44,167 nucleotides of DNA from Priapulus caudatus (Eukaryota), in the NCBI RefSeq assembly GCF_000485595.1, contig NW_014577061.1:165596-209762 (forward strand), written 5' to 3'. Both the position numbers and the translations under genes were made by a program. Positions 37,293-44,167 of this stretch are shown here, one piece after another. Position 1 is the stretch's first letter. Every line of letters starts with the position of its first letter. A model generated the notes under the pieces. The model did no database searches and was not told the origin of the DNA. It saw only the letters and a list, made by a program, of their open reading frames with translations.

Positions 37293-37861
37293 ATGGTATA
37301 TANNNNNNNNNNNNNNNNNNNNNNNNNNNNNNNNNNNNNNNNNNNNNNNNNNNNNNNNNNNNNNNNNNNNNNNNNNNNNNNNNNNNNNNNNNNNNNNNNN
37401 NNNNNNNNNNNNNNNNNNNNNNNNNNNNNNNNNNNNNNNNNNNNNNNNNNNNNNNNNNNNNNNNNNNNNNNNNNNNNNNNNNNNNNNNNNNNNNNNNNNN
37501 NNNNNNNNNNNNNNNNNNNNNNNNNNNNNNNNNNNNNNNNNNNNNNNNNNNNNNNNNNNNNNNNNNNNNNNNNNNNNNNNNNNNNNNNNNNNNNNNNNNN
37601 NNNNNNNNNNNNNNNNNNNNNNNNNNNNNNNNNNNNNNNNNNNNNNNNNNNNNNNNNNNNNNNNNNNNNNNNNNNNNNNNNNNNNNNNNNNNNNNNNNNN
37701 NNNNNNNNNNNNNNNNNNNNNNNNNNNNNNNNNNNNNNNNNNNNNNNNNNNNNNNNNNNNNNNNNNNNNNNNNNNNNNNNNNNNNNNNNNNNNNNNNNNN
37801 NNNNNNNNNNNNNNNNNNNNNNNNNNNNNNNNNNNNNNNNNNNNNNNNNNNNNNNNNNNNN

Positions 37862-37957
37862 TACCTTTTAGGTATTATTAGCTCTTGATATCATCAGAGG
37901 TGTCGGAATACATGCATGTATAGACTATATATAGTAGTCTATATTATGACATTCCTG
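37862..37957. mobile_element. Two abutting footprints: a right arm ending 37887 and a unit at 37895-37957
   Basis: GGTATTATTAGCTCTTG, then ATATCAT, then CAGAGGTGTC...CTATATTATGACATTCCTG, then ATATTAT. Confidence 0.62.
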
Positions 37958-38953
37958 ATATTATGAACGCATGGTGATTGTGACGTGCTTGATATTAAAC
38001 GGAATTTGTATAATTTAGTTGACGGGGTACTTATTCTGAAACCGTGAAGTAAATTGTGAAACGTGATTACCTTAACAACCATGGGATAAATTACTGGGTA
38101 TCTAGGCTAACTGTAACCAACGACTGCAAACGGTCACTACACTTTAGCCCTAACGTTTAAATTTAAGCGAATTTGTGGTTTAAATTAACGTGCTATGTCA
38201 CGCACGTTTGCTGTACGTTTGTGTCGAACTTCCTGCCTGCTTGTTCGTGGATTGCTTGCTCTAAATCTGCCACGTGATAGGTTATTAGGCTTGACATAAC
38301 ACGCATAATTAAACAACAATTATTTATATCGCTCGTTTTTAATGCCAATCCTCAGCACGCAGCTGGTTTAATAACTCGTGTATACAGTCTATATGTGTTT
38401 GCATCAAGAAAAAAAAAATTCTTGACTTCTGTTCGTTGGAAGAGTGTTTGCGTATTCGCGTCTGTATGACTTTGTAAATGTTTTTGTAGCTTGAGAAATA
38501 GCAACCAGTTTTCTAGTAACGACGAAAGAATTGGGTTTCCCATTTATTAAAGTTTGTGTTTCGTTTTTTTTTGTGCTCGTTTTTTGTCAGCCTCCGTATC
38601 GTATGATCAATGTGCATGCGCGCGTTACGCGTGTTGGTATTGTTTTGCTGGCCCATTTCCAAATATCTTCGCACAGGATGAGAACCGTAACAATGTTAGT
38701 TTTGAGTAGATTTTGGTTTGATTATTGAATTGTCTCGTTAAACAATAAATATGAATACTTATATGCAACATGTATTTTTCTAAGTAAGGAGAACTAACTT
38801 GTACAGCGAGTTGTAAATGATATCGCTTTTGTCTAAACTCGTGTTGTGTGTCTAGACTCCGCATCAACATACGGTTCGCGATCGGTCCTACAGGTGGCGG
38901 TGCAGTGGCGATCGGAAGTATTATTTGTTTCTATTTTGCTTTTGCGCAGTTAG

Positions 38954-38955
38954 TG

Positions 38956-38990
<35 letters not shown>

Positions 38991-39128
38991 NNNNNNNNNN
39001 NNNNNNNNNNNNNNNNNNNNNNNNNNNNNNNNNNNNNNNNNNNNNNNNNNNNNNNNNNNNNNNNNNNNNNNNNNNNNNNNNNNNNNNNNNNNNNNNNNGT
39101 GTGTGTGTGTGTGTGTAGTGTGTGTGTG

Positions 39129-39191
<63 letters not shown>

Positions 39192-39300
39192 CGTGTGCGT
39201 GTGCGTGTGCGTGTGTGCGTGCGTGCGTAAGGCAGTGAGTGTGTGTGCTCGCGCGCGCGTGTGTATGTGTGTGCGTTTACATATATATGTACACACACAC
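38954..39300. repeat. (GTGC)n/(GT)n tract spanning an N gap
   Basis: Direct reading. Confidence 0.9.
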
Positions 39301-40764
39301 ATACGCACATAGGCTAGCCGTACTTAATCAAATTCCACATTACTTACGTCTACGAAGGTTATGTCTATAGTAATCAGCATAGCGCATGTCCCTCGTCTAT
39401 AGAGCGCGTAGAGCCGATATGAAGTAGAGCGAAATCATCGGCAGTAATGAGCGATGACATCACCGCTTACTAAATTTATTTTATCATAACTACAAACATG
39501 GCTTCATCTGCCGCTGATGTCATTTGATTTGCTTCTTTATTAGATTGATTTTCCGCTCAATTTGGCGGCGGTGCGTTTTTCGGTGAAACATTGTGTCATC
39601 ACGTGCTCTACAACTGGTTGAGAATACAGTCAGACATACGCGTCTTGCAACCTTCACTCCAATCGATATGACCGGACGTTAGTCTAAACGTACTACAAGT
39701 GAGTAGGATGAAACCAACACCTGGTGTGCGACGGGTTCAGGTGTCTGATGTCGTGGCCACGCTCGTCTGTCAAAGCGGATGGCAATTTCAGCATTTTAAC
39801 AGAACGTTGGGACTTGTCAGAAAGGACTAATGAACCGTAGTGTAGTGGCCCTAGGGGTAGCCGACTACCGTGCAACAGGCGTTATATAGTTAACGCGTGT
39901 CCTAGTTGTTTGGATTCAGTGTTCGCTCCTGCCGGTATATTAGGCAGGACGGTGATGTCACGTAGCGGATAACAGGTAGCACCAGCTGAACAGAACACAG
40001 TGAGATTCGGTTAACTGTACGGTTATAGCTTTATTGATTCCAACTAGTTCACAAATAATTCCCCTGCAATCGTATATGCAGCGTATCCTGTCACCACTAG
40101 ATTAATATTGAAGAAGTAACGCGTCGCCGGTTTCGTCTTCCTCTTTCACGTTCGTCCTCTCCTCGATACCTAAAATGCTTTCTCCCTCTTTCTCTTCTTC
40201 TTCTCCGTCTCCTTCTCCTTCCACTTCCTTTTTCCTCCTTTCTCTACCTGTACCTGAAAAATAACGCTCTCCCTCTTTCTCTTCTCCTTCTGCTTCTTCT
40301 TCCTCTTCTTCTTCTTCTTCCTACCTAGCCCTGAAAAATAACGCCAACGCTGCTCGGTTCGGCGCGCCTTATATACCTAGCTGGCACGCAGATTTCGTTC
40401 GCTGGTGCAATCGTACGTTTCACCTGCTGATGCAACCCGTGGCTGGTACGGTGATTGCATTATCTTATGCAACTCGTTTCTAAGTAAATATTCCTTTCTT
40501 CGACAACTTAGACTATTCATTCTATCCAAATCTCCTCGTATATTATGCTGACTAATAATACATAACCGCGCAGATTATTATATTCTATTTATCTTGCGTT
40601 ACCGCTTTCCGCATATTCACCCCTTGTTTTCCCCGACCATAGGAGTAGCAGTGATAGTCTGATCCAAGATGGCCGCGCCCAGGTGTTGATCTTTACGGGT
40701 AATGCTATCCCACGGGCGTGGAGGGAGGTGACCGCAGCGTGGCAGCACTAGTGTTGGGATAGTG

Positions 40765-40818
40765 TTAGGATTAGGGTTAGGGTCAGGGTTAGGGTTAGGG
40801 TTAGGGTTAGGATTAGGG
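40765..40818 (+). repeat. Interstitial (TTAGGG)n running into an N gap
   Basis: Nine hexamers, including TTAGGA and TCAGGG variants. Confidence 0.9.
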
Positions 40819-42318
40819 NNNNNNNNNNNNNNNNNNNNNNNNNNNNNNNNNNNNNNNNNNNNNNNNNNNNNNNNNNNNNNNNNNNNNNNNNNNNNNNNNN
40901 NNNNNNNNNNNNNNNNNNNNNNNNNNNNNNNNNNNNNNNNNNNNNNNNNNNNNNNNNNNNNNNNNNNNNNNNNNNNNNNNNNNNNNNNNNNNNNNNNNNN
41001 NNNNNNNNNNNNNNNNNNNNNNNNNNNNNNNNNNNNNNNNNNNNNNNNNNNNNNNNNNNNNNNNNNNNNNNNNNNNNNNNNNNNNNNNNNNNNNNNNNNN
41101 NNNNNNNNNNNNNNNNNNNNNNNNNNNNNNNNNNNNNNNNNNNNNNNNNNNNNNNNNNNNNNNNNNNNNNNNNNNNNNNNNNNNNNNNNNNNNNNNNNNN
41201 NNNNNNNNNNNNNNNNNNNNNNNNNNNNNNNNNNNNNNNNNNNNNNNNNNNNNNNNNNNNNNNNNNNNNNNNNNNNNNNNNNNNNNNNNNNNNNNNNNNN
41301 NNNNNNNNNNNNNNNNNNNNNNNNNNNNNNNNNNNNNNNNNNNNNNNNNNNNNNNNNNNNNNNNNNNNNNNNNNNNNNNNNNNNNNNNNNNNNNNNNNNN
41401 NNNNNNNNNNNNNNNNNNNNNNGGGCCTGTTTCGGGGGCAGGTAAACATGGATATTCATATATAACTTATATGTACAATAGCTATATATACATGACTATA
41501 GCACAATACTATACATATTGCTAAATATATATATATAGTATATATAAATATATATATGATAATAATAGTATATATATATATATATATGGGCTATATACCA
41601 TATACATAGAAGGCTGGAAATTCATACGTTGTTGTCGAAGAGTACGGCGCAGGGGATAGCTTAAGCAGGAACGCCGCGCTGGGCGGCAGAATCTGCAAAG
41701 CTACAAATAAAGAAGCAATTTGCCTTCCCCAGCGCGTCGCGTTTCGTCGCAAAGCGGTAACACGGGTCTAGGTAAATCCGTACGCGTCGTTGGTCCCTGA
41801 CCGGTTCGCTGGTACTCAGCTGTGGAGATTTCGGGGGTGTGTAAATCACAGGACAGTTAGACTAGATCGAGGATGGATAGTATTGCACAACTCACGAAGT
41901 ATAGGGAAGAAATATAAGACCATAATATATAAGGAGCTAAAGGCAGGATAGAATATAGACACAGCAGGTATTATGCGGTGTTGCTATCCCACGGGGCGTG
42001 GACGCGGAGGGATCACAGTGATAGACGTTGACGATGAGTTCAAAAGCGTTAACCCTTAAAACGGTAACGCCATCACTCGCAAGCATTCTGCGCCACACTA
42101 ACATCTCACAGCTAATATATATATTGTGTCGTTCGCGGCGGCTATATTATAGGCCATTGTGTGCCAGCAAAAATTATCTATGGTGTGGGGACAGAATATC
42201 ATGATGCACAAAACGTGCTCTGACACGCGCTTCAACGCGCATAAATGCCTGAACCTGAGACGGCCTGGAACCCTAACTCATAATCCTATATCAGCTAACG
42301 CAGGCTTAACCCTCAACC

Positions 42319-42319
<1 letters not shown>

Positions 42320-42376
<57 letters not shown>
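42320..42376. repeat. (TA)n microsatellite
   Basis: Direct reading. Confidence 0.95.
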
Positions 42377-42380
<4 letters not shown>

Positions 42381-42471
42381 TGCTCCATCACATATGGTGA
42401 TTAGGGGACGTATATTATGGGAGGGGGCGTATATTACTTTTTCCTCGTTCTGCAAATAAATACGGTTATAT

Positions 42472-42532
42472 CAGGAGTGTATAATCCTATTCTCTATAGT
42501 ATACACTCTGTAATATATCTATATTATACACT
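42472..42532. mobile_element. Partial CAGGAGTG-family footprint
   Basis: CAGGAGTGTATAAT with two partial right arms (TATACACTCTG, ATTATACACT); no TSD found. Confidence 0.45.
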
Positions 42533-43967
42533 AGCTTTGGATGTTTGAATACACAACAGCTTCTGATACTATGGCACTACATCGATAGCAAGGTTGCATG
42601 AAGCCTGCGCGTAGAACGATTCGATCTGCTGTTTTGTTTGATATCATGTCAGAAATGAACAGAAAAAAACTAGCATTAGTGAAGTTTTTCCGCGAATATT
42701 CACAATGATATCACAATAATTGGCACCATGATGTACTCCGGGGTGACATCTCTCTTACACCCGGCTGCCCTTGCATCCGACCGCACGCTTCTGGAAACTA
42801 ACCTCGGGTGATGCTCGTCTCGTCGCTATAGCGACCCACTGCATTTCAAAAGTTTCTCGTCACACTTACTCGTGATCACTTCACGTTGAGGCTGCGAAAC
42901 CTCCGCGCAGTCTCTGTTTGTTTTCACTGCGAGATAGTGAGAATTTTTTGAAACAAAATCCATTAGGCCTCCAACAGTCCCAATCCTATTCTTAGTACAG
43001 CGTTGGCGATTATTTTGGACACAGCGATGCTTTGGCGGTCGTGCAGAAAATACGAAAGAGCGGTTGCCAGCCATCCAGCTATTTTGTGGTAACATTTACG
43101 GTTTCTTTTGTTGGTGCTCTCGCGCTTGCTCGTCTAATGTTGTTAAGAGTTTGTCATTTAAAACGAACGTCGAACTTGCGGTTTTCTCACTCGCTGTAAA
43201 AGTGATGTATATAAACTGTTCCATCGGGGGTTCATCCGCCGTATTTTAATCGATTTGGACAGCTGCAGCAAATTGAGTTGTTAATGATACACTGTATTAA
43301 TGTATACGTAATTACTGTTAGTCGCTTAATTATAGTTATATTATCGTAGGGCAAATTCTATTATCAAAATAATATTTTTAAAGAATGGTTGATAAATTGC
43401 CCCCCCCCCACTCCCCGGAGCATGTTTATCCAATGTTCTATCTTCTGCTGTCACTATGCAAACAAAATATCTTGGTCATGCATTGATTCGTGTGTAGGTG
43501 CGTGTGTGCGTGTGTGCCTGCGGGCCTGCGTGCCCGCGTGTGTGCGCGCGTGCGTGTGCGCGTGCGTGTGCGTGCATGGTATTGTATCTGAAATCGAAGG
43601 TGCGACCTTACGTGATCATCATGATTGTAGATGTTTGTCTATTCCTATGGATGTCACTAGGTGCATGTGGAATATCAATAGGTAATCATGTATCAATAGA
43701 TCTGAGCGACCATGGCGCTGGCTCTATAAACATATCGCAATACGTTTTGTCTTTCGGTCTGCCCGTAGCTGGGCAATAAAGCAGACGTGCGTGCAAAGCT
43801 ACCGTCGTTGTTTTCCCTTCAACTCAATACATGTGTAGACGATCAGCTGCTATGGCTTCCACATTGTTTTATATTTCTTTTTTTGTTTTAGTTCCAGGGG
43901 TACATATAACATTTGCATATATTCTGATGAAACGTAGTGTTCGAGCCAATTATGAAATGCTAACTCT

Positions 43968-43995
43968 CACTCACACACGCACGCACGCACACACA

Positions 43996-44068
<73 letters not shown>

Positions 44069-44075
44069 CACACAC

Positions 44076-44150
<75 letters not shown>

Positions 44151-44167
44151 CACACGAGAACACACAC
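43968..44167. repeat. (CA)n microsatellite
   Basis: Direct reading. Confidence 0.95.

Noticed and set aside
39620..39704. Possible further exon ending at strong donor CAA|gtgagt
   Set aside because: No convincing acceptor or open coding frame; it could be non-coding but is unsupported.
40765..40818. True telomere
   Set aside because: Unique sequence continues after the gap and the array contains variant hexamers.
31094..41459. ORFs containing long X runs
   Set aside because: Artefacts of N gaps.
41457..41588. Another CAT...ATG AT-rich footprint
   Set aside because: The arms are just TA repeats and the flanks (GGATATT/GGCTATA) match poorly.

Overview
Draft animal (invertebrate-like) genomic scaffold, mostly intronic, with four N gaps and many micro/minisatellites. 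Nearly all ORFs in the supplied track are repeat artefacts. The window holds the middle of one spliced + strand gene encoding an F-BAR domain plus downstream coiled coil, assembled by hand from GT-AG exons at 3862, 6250, 8810 (intact duplicate at 1104), 10282, 14075, 16201, 31917 (60-nt symmetric cassette) and 32667. Three exons carry small indels and a ~1.9-kb block is duplicated out of order, which points to assembly error. The introns contain a 5'-truncated R4/Dong-clade non-LTR retrotransposon in (TAA)n, a hAT-like MITE, a 448-bp foldback MITE and a TTAGGG-containing MITE. The most striking signal is about 12 ultra-short (34-193 bp) CA...TG units. Each has ~15-20-bp inverted arms, a 7-bp direct repeat resembling RTANTAY and usually locally templated AT-rich filler; two are nested inside others. 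They look like a dense fossil record of P/Galileo-superfamily transposon excision footprints. A candidate internal Inr+DPE promoter lies in the 15.5-kb intron.
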